DNA of 37,942 bases from Bacillota bacterium (GTDB lineage Bacteria; Bacillota; Sulfobacillia; JABLXB01): assembly GCA_018434225.1 (NCBI GenBank), contig JAHDPS010000002.1:1-37942 (forward strand), read 5' to 3'. Below the pieces are notes generated by a model that did no database searches, was not told the DNA's origin, and saw only the letters and a list, made by a program, of their open reading frames with translations. The position numbers were made by a program, and so were the translations under genes. Shown here piece after piece: positions 17,206 through 26,573 of the stretch. The first letter of the stretch is position 1. Each line of letters starts with the position of its first letter.

Positions 17206-17335
17206 CGCTGTTTACCCTCAATTCCGGTCCGGTGACCGAGCTAGTCCATTGACTAGTCCGCTGAATAAACGCTCCAACGTCCGGGACCGCAGACACCTCT
17301 GTGCAATTCGCGCAGTCACGGCAAACACCTTCCGA

Positions 17336-18064
17336 TCAATCGACCACCACCAGCGGCTTCAACCTGGCAAACGTCTTTGCCCCAATCCCTCCCACCTTCA
17401 TGAGGTCTTCGGGGGCCTTGAACCCCCCGGCCCTGCTCCTATACTCGATGATCGCGGATGCCAGGCCGGGGCCGATGCCGGGCAGCGTATCCAGCTGCTC
17501 CCGTGTAGCCAGGTTCAAGTTCACCTTAGGAGGGGATCCCCATTGCGCGCCGGAAGAGCCGGCGCCAGCCGTGTTTCCCTGCTGGATGTCTTTCTTCGAG
17601 GGCACATGTATCTTCTGCCCGTCTTCCAACCTCGTCGCCAGGTTCAACGCGTCCACCACCGCGTCGTCGGCCGGCCCGCGCGCCGCCTCTATGGCGTCAA
17701 CCACCCTGTCGCCCTTCTTTAGGTGGTACACGCCAGGAGATTTCACGGCTCCAGCTACGTGCACCACGATGAGACCCGCGGCAGCGGAATCGGATTGGTC
17801 GCGGGCGACGGTCGAAGGCGCGGTGTCAGGCAGCCCGTTTATTCCCGAGCCGGGCACACCGGACTCGACCCCGGGGGAAGGGGATGTTGACGCAACCATC
17901 CCACCGGACGGCACCAATCCGGTATTGGAGCGATCACCCGGCTTGAAGGCGGTGGAAATGGGCGCATGTGCCGCGCGGTGGTTCCACATCAGCATGGCGC
18001 TGCCGAGTATGAGCAGGCAGGCGAGGACGTATACGCACAAAGCCTCTTCCCTGGAAATACCCAC
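17336..18064 (-). CDS. comEA: Competence protein ComEA (helix-hairpin-helix DNA receptor)
   Basis: The N-terminal membrane anchor is followed by a SLBB-like region (VHVAGAVKSPGVYHLKKGDRVVDAIEAA). The C-terminal HhH is NLATREQLDTLPGIGPGLASAIIEYR...LMKVGGIGAKTFARLKP. GTG start. Confidence 0.9.
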   Translation of the reverse strand: MGISREEALCVYVLACLLILGSAMLMWNHRAAHAPISTAFKPGDRSNTGLVPSGGMVASTSPSPGVESGVPGSGINGLPDTAPSTVARDQSDSAAAGLIVVHVAGAVKSPGVYHLKKGDRVVDAIEAARGPADDAVVDALNLATRLEDGQKIHVPSKKDIQQGNTAGAGSSGAQWGSPPKVNLNLATREQLDTLPGIGPGLASAIIEYRSRAGGFKAPEDLMKVGGIGAKTFARLKPLVVVD

Positions 18065-18123
18065 GGCACTACCATTCTATTCCAAATGACGTTATCCTCC
18101 CGCCCATCGGGGAATATCGACAG

Positions 18124-18156
18124 GACGGCGCCCGGCATCTGACACCGGGCGCCGTC
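18124..18156 (-). terminator. Terminator hairpin downstream of leuS
   Basis: The stem is a perfect 12 bp, GACGGCGCCCGG / CCGGGCGCCGTC, with a 9-nt loop, 42 nt after the leuS stop. The U tract is weak. Confidence 0.55.
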
Positions 18157-18197
18157 GATTGCCGGCCGGTCAACTCCTCGCCGTATCACGCCGCAAG

Positions 18198-20717
18198 TCA
18201 CCGTACGACTATGCTGACCAGCTTCCCCCCGACCACAACGACTCTGTCTACCGTCCTGCCCTCTATGAACCTCTTTACTCGCTCGCTCGCGAGCGCCGCT
18301 CTTTCGACCTCTTCCCGGGGGGCGTCCGCCTCGACCTCGATCCTGTCGCGGACCTTTCCGTTGACCTGTATCACAATCGTCACGCGCTCCGCCCTGTCGG
18401 CCGACTCATCGTACGTTGGCCACGGTTGCAGGTGAACGCTATCCTTGTGTCCCAATCTCATCCATAGCTCCTCGGCGATGTGGGGCGCGAACGGCGCGAG
18501 CATCAACACCAGGCTGTCGGCCGCTTCCTTCAATACCCTCTGATCCTGGACGCCGGCGGGGACTTCGTCCCTGTACCGGTACATGCCGTTGACCATCTCC
18601 ATGAGCGCGCTTATCGCCGTGTTGAAGTTGAACCTCCCGCGGATGTCGTGCGTCACCCTCTTGATCGTGACGTGCGTCAACCTGCGCACGTCTCCGGGGG
18701 CCACTCCCGCGGCGCCGCCATCGGGGGAGTCCGAGCCGGAAGTCGAACCTTCGACCATAGTCCCGGTCGTCGCGTCGTCCGCTTCCCCGGCCACCCATAG
18801 GATCAATCTCCAAACCCTGTTCAGGAAGCGATACGACCCCTCCACGCCCCTGTCGCTCCAGTCGAGTTCCTTCTCCGGAGGAGCGGCGAACAGGATGAAC
18901 AGCCTCGCGGTATCCGCCCCGTACTTCTGAATGAGCGCGCGCGGCTCGACGATGTTACCCCTGGATTTCGACATCGCGGAGCCATCCTTGAGCACCATCC
19001 CCTGGGTGAGGAGGTTTGTGAACGGTTCAACTATGTCAACGAGGCCCTCGTCGTGAAGTACCTTCGTGAAAAAACGCGAATATAAAAGGTGCATTACGGC
19101 GTGCTCTATGCCGCCTATGTACTGGTCGACGGGGAGCCAGTATCGGACGGCCTCCGGATCGAAAGGCAGCCTGGTCTCTCTAGGTGACGCATATCTGTAG
19201 TAATACCAGGAGCTGCACATGAACGTGTCCATAGTGTCGGTCTCGCGCCTGGCGGGGCCGCCGCACGTCGGACACGTGGTGTTGACGAATTCCTTGAGCG
19301 ACGAGAGCGGCGATATCCGTCCGTCCTCAAGGCCGACGTTCTCGGGCAGCAACACCGGGAGTTGATCCTCGGGCACAGGCACGATCCCGCATCGATCGCA
19401 GTATACGAGCGGGATGGGTGCGCCCCAATACCTTTGCCTGGATATGAGCCAGTCGCGGAGCCTGTAGTTCACGCGTCGCTCCCCGAGACCCCTCTCCTCC
19501 ACGAAGCGGGCCACCTTCTCCTTACCTTCCTCGCTTTCAAGCCCGCTGAACGGTCCGGAGTTCACCATCCGGCCCAGCCCCGAGTATGCTTCTCCGAGCG
19601 CCGCGCCGTCGAGCGGGCCGTCGCCGTCCTGGATGACGACCCTGACGGGCAGCCGGTACTTCCTGGCAAATTCCAGGTCTCGCTGGTCGTGCGCCGGGAC
19701 CCCCATGACGGCGCCAGTGCCGTATTCCATCAAGACATAGTTCGCGATCCAGAGCGGAACCTTCTCGCCGTTCACCGGGTTAATGGCGTACCTCCCGATG
19801 AACATTCCCTCCTTCTCCGTCTCATCGGAGGTCCTGTCCATCTCAGGCTTCACCGCGACCTTCTTGACAAAATCCTTCACGGCCGCCTCGTATTTCGTGC
19901 CGGAAACTAATTCCCCGACAAGAGGGTGCTCGGCCGCAAGCACCATGAAGGTCACCCCGTAGATGGTGTCGGGGCGGGTCGTGAACACGGGAATCAGCTC
20001 GTCCGATCCCTCGATTGCGAAGTTGATCCGCAGGCCCTCGCTCCTGCCTATCCAATTCTCCTGCATCACCCTGACCCGCTCGGGCCAGCCGTCGAGGAGC
20101 TTCAAATCATCGAGCAGGCGATCGGCGTAGTCCGTTATTCGGAAGAACCATTGATCGAGCTCTTTCTTGGTGACCTGAGTGCCGCACCGCCAGCACTTTC
20201 CCGTTTCCGCCTGTTCGTTGGCTAATACTGTCTCGCACGACGGGCACCAGTTGACGGCGGCCTTCTTCTTGTATGCCAGCCCCCTCTTGTACATGAGGAG
20301 GAACAGCCATTCGGTCCACTTGTAGTAGTCGGGCAGGCACGTGGCCACTTCCCTGTTCCAGTCGTAGCTGACCCCCATCATCTTGAGGTCTTCTTCCATA
20401 AGCCGGATGTTGTCCAGGGTCCACTTCGCGGGGTGGACGCCGCGCTTGATCGCGGCGTTCTCCGCGGGCAGTCCGAACGCGTCGAAGCCCATCGGATGCA
20501 GGACGTTGTAGCCGTTCATGCGGTAGAACCTGGCGACCACGTCCCCGATCGAGTAGTTGCGAACGTGACCCATGTGAAGGTTCCCGGATGGATAAGGGAA
20601 CATCTCCAAACAGTAGAACTTGCGTTTGTTCGGGTCGGGCCCTGTCTCGTATAAACCGTGATCATGCCACACCTTCTGCCACTTTGCCTCGATGGCCGCG
20701 GCGACGTATTTCTCCAA
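18198..20717 (-). CDS. leuS: Leucine--tRNA ligase
   Basis: 839 aa with the HMGH (HIGH-type) motif [15 protein letters not shown] and the KMSKS motif ([10 protein letters not shown]). TTG start preceded by AAGGAGGG. Confidence 0.98.
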   Translation of the reverse strand: MEKYVAAAIEAKWQKVWHDHGLYETGPDPNKRKFYCLEMFPYPSGNLHMGHVRNYSIGDVVARFYRMNGYNVLHPMGFDAFGLPAENAAIKRGVHPAKWTLDNIRLMEEDLKMMGVSYDWNREVATCLPDYYKWTEWLFLLMYKRGLAYKKKAAVNWCPSCETVLANEQAETGKCWRCGTQVTKKELDQWFFRITDYADRLLDDLKLLDGWPERVRVMQENWIGRSEGLRINFAIEGSDELIPVFTTRPDTIYGVTFMVLAAEHPLVGELVSGTKYEAAVKDFVKKVAVKPEMDRTSDETEKEGMFIGRYAINPVNGEKVPLWIANYVLMEYGTGAVMGVPAHDQRDLEFARKYRLPVRVVIQDGDGPLDGAALGEAYSGLGRMVNSGPFSGLESEEGKEKVARFVEERGLGERRVNYRLRDWLISRQRYWGAPIPLVYCDRCGIVPVPEDQLPVLLPENVGLEDGRISPLSSLKEFVNTTCPTCGGPARRETDTMDTFMCSSWYYYRYASPRETRLPFDPEAVRYWLPVDQYIGGIEHAVMHLLYSRFFTKVLHDEGLVDIVEPFTNLLTQGMVLKDGSAMSKSRGNIVEPRALIQKYGADTARLFILFAAPPEKELDWSDRGVEGSYRFLNRVWRLILWVAGEADDATTGTMVEGSTSGSDSPDGGAAGVAPGDVRRLTHVTIKRVTHDIRGRFNFNTAISALMEMVNGMYRYRDEVPAGVQDQRVLKEAADSLVLMLAPFAPHIAEELWMRLGHKDSVHLQPWPTYDESADRAERVTIVIQVNGKVRDRIEVEADAPREEVERAALASERVKRFIEGRTVDRVVVVGGKLVSIVVR

Positions 20718-20757
20718 GATGGACCCTCCTTATGGCGGCTGACACGCAAATCCGCCT

Positions 20758-20797
20758 AAATCACACAAAGCCCCCCGCCCCTTTGGGCGAGAGGCTT
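20758..20797 (-). terminator. Strong terminator-type hairpin between tRNA-Ala and leuS (possible attenuator)
   Basis: The reverse strand reads AAGCCTCTCGCCC-aaag-GGGCGGGGGGCTT (13 bp including 2 G-U), followed by TGTGTGATTT. Its 5' arm can instead pair in GCGAGAG-aagc-CTCTCGC (20787-20804). Confidence 0.55.
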
Positions 20798-20837
20798 CTC
20801 TCGCGGTCATAACATTCTGCGGCAAGTCTCGAGATTA

Positions 20838-20913
<76 letters not shown>

Positions 20914-20952
20914 ACGAACGACCTACTTTCGCCCTGCTTAAGGGCAACACAA

Positions 20953-21315
20953 TCATAACGTAACAGGGGCCGCCAAGTCAAGGGCGGGCAACCGCGCTTC
21001 GCCCCAGAGCCTTTCCAGGTTGTAAAACGCCCGTTCGTCGTCGTTGAAAACGTGGACGACCACGGACCCAAAATCCAGGAGTATCCACTTCGCCGGGCCC
21101 TTACCCTCGATGTGATGCACCCTGAGCCCGTTCTGCTCCAATTTGTCGGCTACGTGATCGGCGATCGCCTGGACGTGAGCCTTGCTGGACCCCCCGGCTA
21201 TCACGAAGTAGTCCGCCACGGTGGTCAGGTCGCTCACGTCAAGAACCACGGCATCGTGTCCCTTCTTCTCCACCGCCGCTTCGAATGCCAGCCTCGCGAG
21301 GGCCTTGGGCTCCAA
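20953..21315 (-). CDS. rsfS: Ribosome silencing factor RsfS (Iojap family)
   Basis: AVEKKGHDAVVLDVSDLTTVADYFVIAGGSSKAHVQAIADHV...WILLDFGSVVVHVFNDDERAFYNLERLW. Confidence 0.95.
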   Translation of the reverse strand: MEPKALARLAFEAAVEKKGHDAVVLDVSDLTTVADYFVIAGGSSKAHVQAIADHVADKLEQNGLRVHHIEGKGPAKWILLDFGSVVVHVFNDDERAFYNLERLWGEARLPALDLAAPVTL

Positions 21316-21334
21316 TGAACCGCCTCCTCCAAAA

Positions 21335-22615
21335 TCACTCGGGTTTACAGTCTGCTCCGAGTGTTATAGAAACATCCACCCCTTCCCCCGGCGGGCGGTT
21401 CTGCATAATTGCCTCCGGGGAGAATCTGAGCACTTGCCTGCAGACGGACTTCACCATCACAGCGTTGGCGGCCGACCCAGTCACCCTGGTGGGACCATTG
21501 CCCGTCTTCGGCGCATTGTTCACGCGGACGACCAGATATCCAAGATCCCTTAGCCTCTTGGCGACCTTCTCCGCCATTCCGGAGACGCCCGTACCATTGA
21601 GGATCTCGACCTTCACCTTCGAGTTGGCTTCGCGGTCCACTCCCCTGAGCAGGAGGTCCACCGATTTCTTCAGCTGTTGCTGATCGGCGACCCAGTAGCT
21701 TATGGACGTCCCCCCTGTCACGTCCGATATGTCCGCGGGTTGCCCAGGCACGAGATCCATCTGGATGTCCTCGCGTTTGATCTGCCGCGCGAGGTTCGCG
21801 ATGGCGACCATCTGGGCCGGCTCAATGTTGGTGTCCACGTACCCAGCCGCCTCGCGCACCAGGGTGGGAATCTTCCAGAGTGTGTTCATGTCAAAGAACG
21901 ATTTCACTAGGGCGGATATGAATTTCTGCTGGGCCTTCACCCGGCCGATGTCGCCCTCGGGGTACTGCCTGTACCTAACGAAGTCGAGCGATTTCTTGCC
22001 ATCTAGAACCTGCTTGCCCGCTTTCAAGTGAATATGAAGATCCTGGTATGGATCGTCATAGTCCATGTTCCCCTCGATATTCATCTCGACTCCGCCGATC
22101 ATATCCACCATTTTGACGAATCCCTTGAAGTCGACGCGCAGATAGTACGGTATTTCCTCGCCCAGCAGCGACCCTACGGCTTCCATAGCCAGTTTGGGCC
22201 CGCCATACGCGTGGGCGTGATTGATCTTGTCGAACCCGTTTCTGCCCGGGATCCTCACCCTGGTATCCCGCGGGATAGATATAATGCCCGCCGCCTTGAA
22301 CTCCGGATCCAGGCTCAACACCATCATGGTGTCGGTGCGCGATGTGTGCACCGCCTCGGACGATTTTCCGGACCCGTTTACGCCCGCGTCCAATCCCATG
22401 ACTAGTATGTTGATCCGCGGGGCCACCGCCTGATTTTGGTTCCCCGCCTCCGGCTTGATCGCCGGATTGTACACCCTGGAAAGGAATAGCCAGGCCCCCG
22501 CCGCGATTCCACCGGCGAAGAAGAACACCAGCAAGCCCGCCACCCAGGCTACGCGCTTACTATTGAGGCTCCTGCGCCTCTTCTTACGAAGAACATCGTT
22601 ATCAACTATGCTCAA
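21335..22615 (-). CDS. LCP (LytR-CpsA-Psr) family protein with C-terminal LytR_C domain
   Basis: The TM anchor is followed by INILVMGLD...RTDTMMVLSLDP...ISIPRDTRVRIPG...KINHAHAYGG. The TTG start overlaps the yqeK stop (TTGA). Confidence 0.9.
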   Translation of the reverse strand: MSIVDNDVLRKKRRRSLNSKRVAWVAGLLVFFFAGGIAAGAWLFLSRVYNPAIKPEAGNQNQAVAPRINILVMGLDAGVNGSGKSSEAVHTSRTDTMMVLSLDPEFKAAGIISIPRDTRVRIPGRNGFDKINHAHAYGGPKLAMEAVGSLLGEEIPYYLRVDFKGFVKMVDMIGGVEMNIEGNMDYDDPYQDLHIHLKAGKQVLDGKKSLDFVRYRQYPEGDIGRVKAQQKFISALVKSFFDMNTLWKIPTLVREAAGYVDTNIEPAQMVAIANLARQIKREDIQMDLVPGQPADISDVTGGTSISYWVADQQQLKKSVDLLLRGVDREANSKVKVEILNGTGVSGMAEKVAKRLRDLGYLVVRVNNAPKTGNGPTRVTGSAANAVMVKSVCRQVLRFSPEAIMQNRPPGEGVDVSITLGADCKPE

Positions 22616-23190
22616 TCCTCAGCCCTCGCCTCGAGCAGCCAGTTCCTCATTTCGATAGACAGCGGATGTATGGGATGGGCATTCTTCACGCACCGGAGAA
22701 CCAAGCCGTCAACTTGGCCCAGCACAGCCGATCTCAGTTCAGACCTGCTCCTCACCTTAGACACAATCGCCTGTTTTCCGGGTTCCGTTTTGTCCGCAAG
22801 ATAAACCACTTGCCCCACAATAGACATCCCCGCCCGGCCGGTGGTGTGGTACCTGATTGCATCCAGGACCTCTTCGTCCGTCACCCCAAAATTACGTCGG
22901 GCCATCTCGGCCCCAACCGGACCATGAAGAAGGACCGGCTTGTCCCTCTCCACATCACTAACGACTATACAGAATTCGACCGCAAGATTCAATAACCAGG
23001 GGTCCGAAAAATGCCTGCAACAATCGTGCAACAACGCGGCTAATCCGCACTTCTCGGGGTCGACGTCGCACGGGATCGCGATCTCCACCGCTCTTACACG
23101 AGTCCTCGCGATATGCTCGTACAAGTCGCGAGGCAGGTCAGCCCGCAGCCTCTCCTCTATATCTTCGACAGCCATCTCGTTCGAGGTCAA
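22612..23190 (-). CDS. yqeK: HD-domain bis(5'-nucleosyl)-tetraphosphatase YqeK
   Basis: YEHIARTRVRAVEIA...GLAALLHDCCRHF...HGPVGAEMAR...AIRYHTTGRAGMS is YqeK-like. The position is the canonical nadD-yqeK-rsfS one. Start is either TTG 23190 or ATG 23175. Confidence 0.85.
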   Translation of the reverse strand: MTSNEMAVEDIEERLRADLPRDLYEHIARTRVRAVEIAIPCDVDPEKCGLAALLHDCCRHFSDPWLLNLAVEFCIVVSDVERDKPVLLHGPVGAEMARRNFGVTDEEVLDAIRYHTTGRAGMSIVGQVVYLADKTEPGKQAIVSKVRSRSELRSAVLGQVDGLVLRCVKNAHPIHPLSIEMRNWLLEARAED

Positions 23191-23265
23191 ACCGTTACAT
23201 CGCTCCCCGGATTTCGCGCCGTTATGTGTCTACAGACGATTCTCCGACCACATGGTTCCCCACCA

Positions 23266-23316
23266 CAAATAATAAGGCCTCCTCAGACCCTTGAAACATA
23301 CAGGAACTCAGGAGGC
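23266..23316 (-). terminator. Terminator downstream of the RRM-protein gene
   Basis: The reverse strand reads GCCTCCTGAG...(20-nt loop)...CTGAGGAGGC (9 of 10 pairs), followed by CTTATTATTTG. Confidence 0.5.
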
Positions 23317-23339
23317 TGGCCATTGAGGCACAATTTAAC

Positions 23340-23603
23340 TCAATACTTGCTCTGCCTGGGCCTGGCTTCGTTGACGATAATCTCTCTGCCACCAAGCTGA
23401 GAGCCGTTCAGCGCGTCGACGGCCTTTTGCGCGTCTTCGTCACCAACCTCAACGAAACCGAACCCTCGGGACCTTCCGGTTTCTCTGTCCATAATGATAC
23501 GGCAGCTCTTGACCTCGACATGGGGCTGGAACGACTTCGCCAGCTCCTCCTCAGTGGTGGACCAGGGAAGGTTCCCAACGTAAAGAGTCTTCGCCAAACG
23601 CAT
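23340..23603 (-). CDS. RRM (RNP-1/RNP-2) type RNA-binding protein
   Basis: 87 aa. KTLYVGNLPW is RNP-2 and RGFGFVEV is RNP-1. AAGGAGGTG RBS. Confidence 0.92.
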   Translation of the reverse strand: MRLAKTLYVGNLPWSTTEEELAKSFQPHVEVKSCRIIMDRETGRSRGFGFVEVGDEDAQKAVDALNGSQLGGREIIVNEARPRQSKY

Positions 23604-23658
23604 TCACCTCCTTCCGGGCGGATCGGCCTCACCCGGTGGAGGCCGCCTGCCTCCCCCG

Positions 23659-23698
23659 AAAACAACGGGCGCCAGAGTTCGTTCTCGAACTCGGCGCC
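23659..23698 (-). terminator. Rho-independent terminator after nadD / within the leader of the RRM gene
   Basis: The reverse strand reads GGCGCCGAGTTCG-agaa-CGAACTC(T)GGCGCC (13 bp, one bulge), followed by CGTTGTTTTC. Confidence 0.65.
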
Positions 23699-23789
23699 TT
23701 CCAATCGAACAGGCATTGGGACGACTTCGGATCGAGAAAGACTCCGGGATGGTGGACAGGGCTGGCTTCCACCGCATTATATTTCTCGC

Positions 23790-24401
23790 CTACTCGGATT
23801 GTGTGTATAGTCCCATTTTGTGAATATATTCCTCGACCGCAGCCGGTACGAGGTATCTTATGGGCCTACCCGTCTTCACCCGCTCCCTGATATCGCTGGA
23901 CGATATGGCGAAACCGGTAATGGGGAAGACGTGAACCCGAGCAGCCAGAGAACCCAGATGTTCCTTGACTCGATCGATACCGGACATCGAATAACCGGGC
24001 CTAGTAACAGCTACGAAATCGCATAATGACAGGAGCTTTTCGGCGTCCTTCCAGGACAATATCTGCGCTATTGCGTCAGCGCCTGTGATAAACAGAATCT
24101 CGGAGCCCTCGGGCAGCCCATCTTTCAAAGTGGAAACTGTGTCTACGCTATAGCTCAGTCCGGGCCTATCCAGTTCGACCGTCGATACAGAGAATTGCGG
24201 ATGATCGACAGTCGCGAGCACCGCCATCGTATATCTGTGGAAGCCATCCGATATCTTTTTGCCCTGCTTGTGTGGGGGATGGCTGGATGGGATGAATAGC
24301 ACGCTGTCGAGTCCGAACCCAATCCGAACCTCTTCCGCAGCCAGCAAATGCCCGTTGTGAATCGGGTCGAATGTTCCCCCCATGATTCCCAGGCGGATCA
24401 T
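23790..24401 (-). CDS. nadD: Nicotinate-nucleotide adenylyltransferase
   Basis: MIRLGIMGGTFDPIHNGHL... is the (H/T)xGH nucleotidyltransferase motif. 203 aa. Confidence 0.95.
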   Translation of the reverse strand: MIRLGIMGGTFDPIHNGHLLAAEEVRIGFGLDSVLFIPSSHPPHKQGKKISDGFHRYTMAVLATVDHPQFSVSTVELDRPGLSYSVDTVSTLKDGLPEGSEILFITGADAIAQILSWKDAEKLLSLCDFVAVTRPGYSMSGIDRVKEHLGSLAARVHVFPITGFAISSSDIRERVKTGRPIRYLVPAAVEEYIHKMGLYTQSE

Positions 24402-24476
24402 ATTATTGCGCTAATTTCACCCTCCGTGATGTGTACTGACCGCAATTCTCCGAAAAACACAGAATTCCTGCTCGGA

Positions 24477-25538
24477 TTAATGAGAAATCCCATTACCTTC
24501 CGGCGGAGGGGGGGCGGGGGGCCTAGGCGTACGATCTAGTCCCTCTCGTAGCCGCAAAACTTCATGTACACTGAACATCAACTCACGCAGACCCCGCCCT
24601 GTAACAGCCGAAATGCCGAACACAGTGAATCCCGCGCCCTCCAGAGCGGCGCGGACCCTGGGCGCATTCTTCTCCGCCTGGGGAAGGTCGGCCTTGTTCA
24701 TGGCCACGATCTGGGGTAGATTCGCCAGAGAGGGATTGTACGACTCGAGTTCGCGATTCACGATGTGAAAGTCGGATAGGGGGTCCCTGCCCTCGGTAGC
24801 CGCGATATCGATGACGTGAATGAGGACCCTGGTACGCTCCACGTGCCTCAGAAAATCGTGCCCCAGGCCCTTTCCCTCGTGGGCGCCCTCTATCAGGCCG
24901 GGGATGTCCGCCAACACAAAACTGTCTACGCCATCCAGATCGACGACCCCGAGGTTGGGGCTGAGCGTAGTGAACGCGTAGTCGGCTATCTTCGGCCTGG
25001 CCTTCGTCACCGAGGACAAAAGCGTGGACTTACCCGCGTTGGGGAACCCGATAATCCCCACATCAGCAAGCAGTTTGAGTTCCAGTACGATCCAGCGTTC
25101 CTCGCCGGGCTCGCCCCGCTCCGCGATCCTGGGCGCCTGCCGCGTGGCGGTGGCGAACCGCGCGTTCCCGCGCCCGCCACGCCCCCCGCGGGCGACGACC
25201 AGCGTTTCCCCATCCACGGTGAGGTCGGCCAAGAGGCCGCCGTTTTCGTCCTTGACCACAGTGCCCGGAGGAACCTTGACGAGGAGATCGCCCCCGTCCG
25301 CGCCAGTCATGTTGGATCCCTGGCCGTGCCTGCCCTTATTGGCCTTGAAGTGCACCTTGTATCTGAAATCCATCAGCGTTCGGAGGCTCGGGTCCACCAC
25401 CAGCAGGATGCTGCCTCCCCTGCCGCCGTCTCCCCCGTTTGGGCCGCCTCGAGGGATGAACTTCTCCCTCCTGAAGGACACACAACCGTCGCCCCCGTCG
25501 CCACCCTTGACGTTTATCTTCGCTCTATCCACGAACAT
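24477..25538 (-). CDS. obgE: GTPase ObgE/CgtA
   Basis: [44 protein letters not shown] is the Obg fold. The G domain has GFPNAGKST and DIPGLIEGA. It ends in a short Pro-rich tail, and I see no Obg C-terminal domain. Confidence 0.97.
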   Translation of the reverse strand: MFVDRAKINVKGGDGGDGCVSFRREKFIPRGGPNGGDGGRGGSILLVVDPSLRTLMDFRYKVHFKANKGRHGQGSNMTGADGGDLLVKVPPGTVVKDENGGLLADLTVDGETLVVARGGRGGRGNARFATATRQAPRIAERGEPGEERWIVLELKLLADVGIIGFPNAGKSTLLSSVTKARPKIADYAFTTLSPNLGVVDLDGVDSFVLADIPGLIEGAHEGKGLGHDFLRHVERTRVLIHVIDIAATEGRDPLSDFHIVNRELESYNPSLANLPQIVAMNKADLPQAEKNAPRVRAALEGAGFTVFGISAVTGRGLRELMFSVHEVLRLREGLDRTPRPPAPPPPEGNGISH

Positions 25539-25575
25539 GATGATCCCCCGTTACTATTATGCCATGAAGGGGAAA

Positions 25576-26112
25576 TCAGGCGCGCTCCACGATAATAGCG
25601 GGCAGGCCGGACACTTCCTCCGCGCGCACCCTGAAGCCTTTCAATGAGAGGGCGGAGAACGCTTCTCCCGCACTCCAGGAGTTGAGGCGCCCTCCGAGCA
25701 ATCGGATGATGTACCTGTTCGCTTCCGGCCCCGGGGCGAGGCCGATCTCCACCTGGGTGAAACCCTCGCCGCAGGCTACCTTGATCAGGTGAGAGAGAGC
25801 ATCGCCAACCTTCGCCGACGTCTCCCACTCATCGCGGTCGAAAACGTCGGGATACTGAATGGTGACGGATACACCTGCGGCCTCCGCTCGCATCTTCACG
25901 GCGCAAAGGAGACCGTACAACCTGGGACCGAGGTAGTTCATGAGGCACGATTGGCGGCGGACGCGGTTCTTCGTTTCCTCAATATACTCCATCGCGCGCT
26001 GGCTGTTGCCAAGCTGGAGCCATCCACCTATGACCTGGAGGTCATTCATGAAGGTGTGGTTCTCGCGCCTCAACGCATCGCACAACATTTCCCAGCAGAT
26101 GCCTTTTGCCAA
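25576..26112 (-). CDS. Spo0B-type (SPOB_a helical His domain) phosphotransferase-like protein
   Basis: RRENHTFMNDLQVIGGWLQLGNSQRAMEYIEE resembles the His-containing helix of Spo0B/CitA-type dimerisation domains. The position between rpmA and obg equals the Bacillus spo0B slot. TTG start. Confidence 0.55.
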   Translation of the reverse strand: MAKGICWEMLCDALRRENHTFMNDLQVIGGWLQLGNSQRAMEYIEETKNRVRRQSCLMNYLGPRLYGLLCAVKMRAEAAGVSVTIQYPDVFDRDEWETSAKVGDALSHLIKVACGEGFTQVEIGLAPGPEANRYIIRLLGGRLNSWSAGEAFSALSLKGFRVRAEEVSGLPAIIVERA

Positions 26113-26208
26113 GCGCTCACCGCCCTATCCCTCCGCGCCTGATTACGGACACGGTCTTGATTTCCTTCGTGGCGACGACACCAAATCCTTCACCGTCCAC
26201 CAGAAGCA

Positions 26209-26232
26209 GGAACCCCGCCTATTGCGGGGTCC
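26209..26232 (-). terminator. Hairpin downstream of rpmA (possible terminator)
   Basis: GGAACCCCGC-ctatt-GCGGGGTCC forms a 6-bp GC core plus 3 bp with one bulge. The U tract is poor. Confidence 0.4.
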
Positions 26233-26255
26233 GTTTCCGTGCGATTCGCTTCTTC

Positions 26256-26281
26256 GGATAGATTAAACGTGGATAGATTAA
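26256..26281. repeat. Direct repeat GGATAGATTAA-acgt-GGATAGATTAA
   Basis: Two perfect 11-mers lie at 26256-26266 and 26271-26281, ending 7 nt from the rpmA stop, in the rpmA / spo0B-like spacer. Confidence 0.7.
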
Positions 26282-26288
26282 TCGACAC

Positions 26289-26573
26289 TCACATGCTCAT
26301 TCGCGGCTCGGGACATACGTTGACGACCTTCTTTTCCCCCCTGCTCCTGAACGCAACAAAGCCGTCCGCCTTAGCGAACAGGGTATCGTCGCTGCCAATG
26401 CCTACGTTGAGCCCGGGGTGAACCTTCGTACCCCTTTGCCTAACGATGATACTGCCGGCAAACACGAATTCGCCGTCATGGCTCTTGACTCCCAACCTCT
26501 TGGATACGGAGTCGCGCCCGTTCCTGGAGCTGCCCACACCCTTCTTATGAGCGAATACCTGTATGTTCATCAT
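26289..26573 (-). CDS. rpmA: 50S ribosomal protein L27 (with Firmicute-type N-terminal propeptide)
   Basis: [30 protein letters not shown]... ATG 26573 overlaps the prp stop (ATGA). The longer track ORF 26289..26825 is a read-through of the prp gene in another frame. Confidence 0.95.
   Translation of the reverse strand: MMNIQVFAHKKGVGSSRNGRDSVSKRLGVKSHDGEFVFAGSIIVRQRGTKVHPGLNVGIGSDDTLFAKADGFVAFRSRGEKKVVNVCPEPRMSM

Noticed and set aside
17241-17259. CTAGTCC-attga-CTAGTCC direct repeat upstream of the EamA transporter gene
   Set aside because: The repeat is only 7 bp and is easily produced by chance. I list it for completeness only.
20800-20837. Full T-box riboswitch upstream of leuS
   Set aside because: Only the ACCGCG...CTCTCGCCC portion resembles a T-box. 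The UGGN bulge is absent. There is no AG bulge, GNUGNGA or specifier loop. The tRNA-Ala gene leaves no room for Stem I. The region is reported only as an unusual attenuator-like arrangement.
24816-25647. Plus-strand ORFs of 259 and 207 aa
   Set aside because: They are antisense to obg and have Pro/Arg/Ser-rich composition.
26256-26281. Possibility that the direct repeats (here and at 916-942, 16227-16267) represent a CRISPR array or a mobile-element end
   Set aside because: Each repeat is present in only two copies of 8-12 bp. There are no spacers of CRISPR size, no cas or transposase genes, and no matching inverted partner elsewhere in the window.
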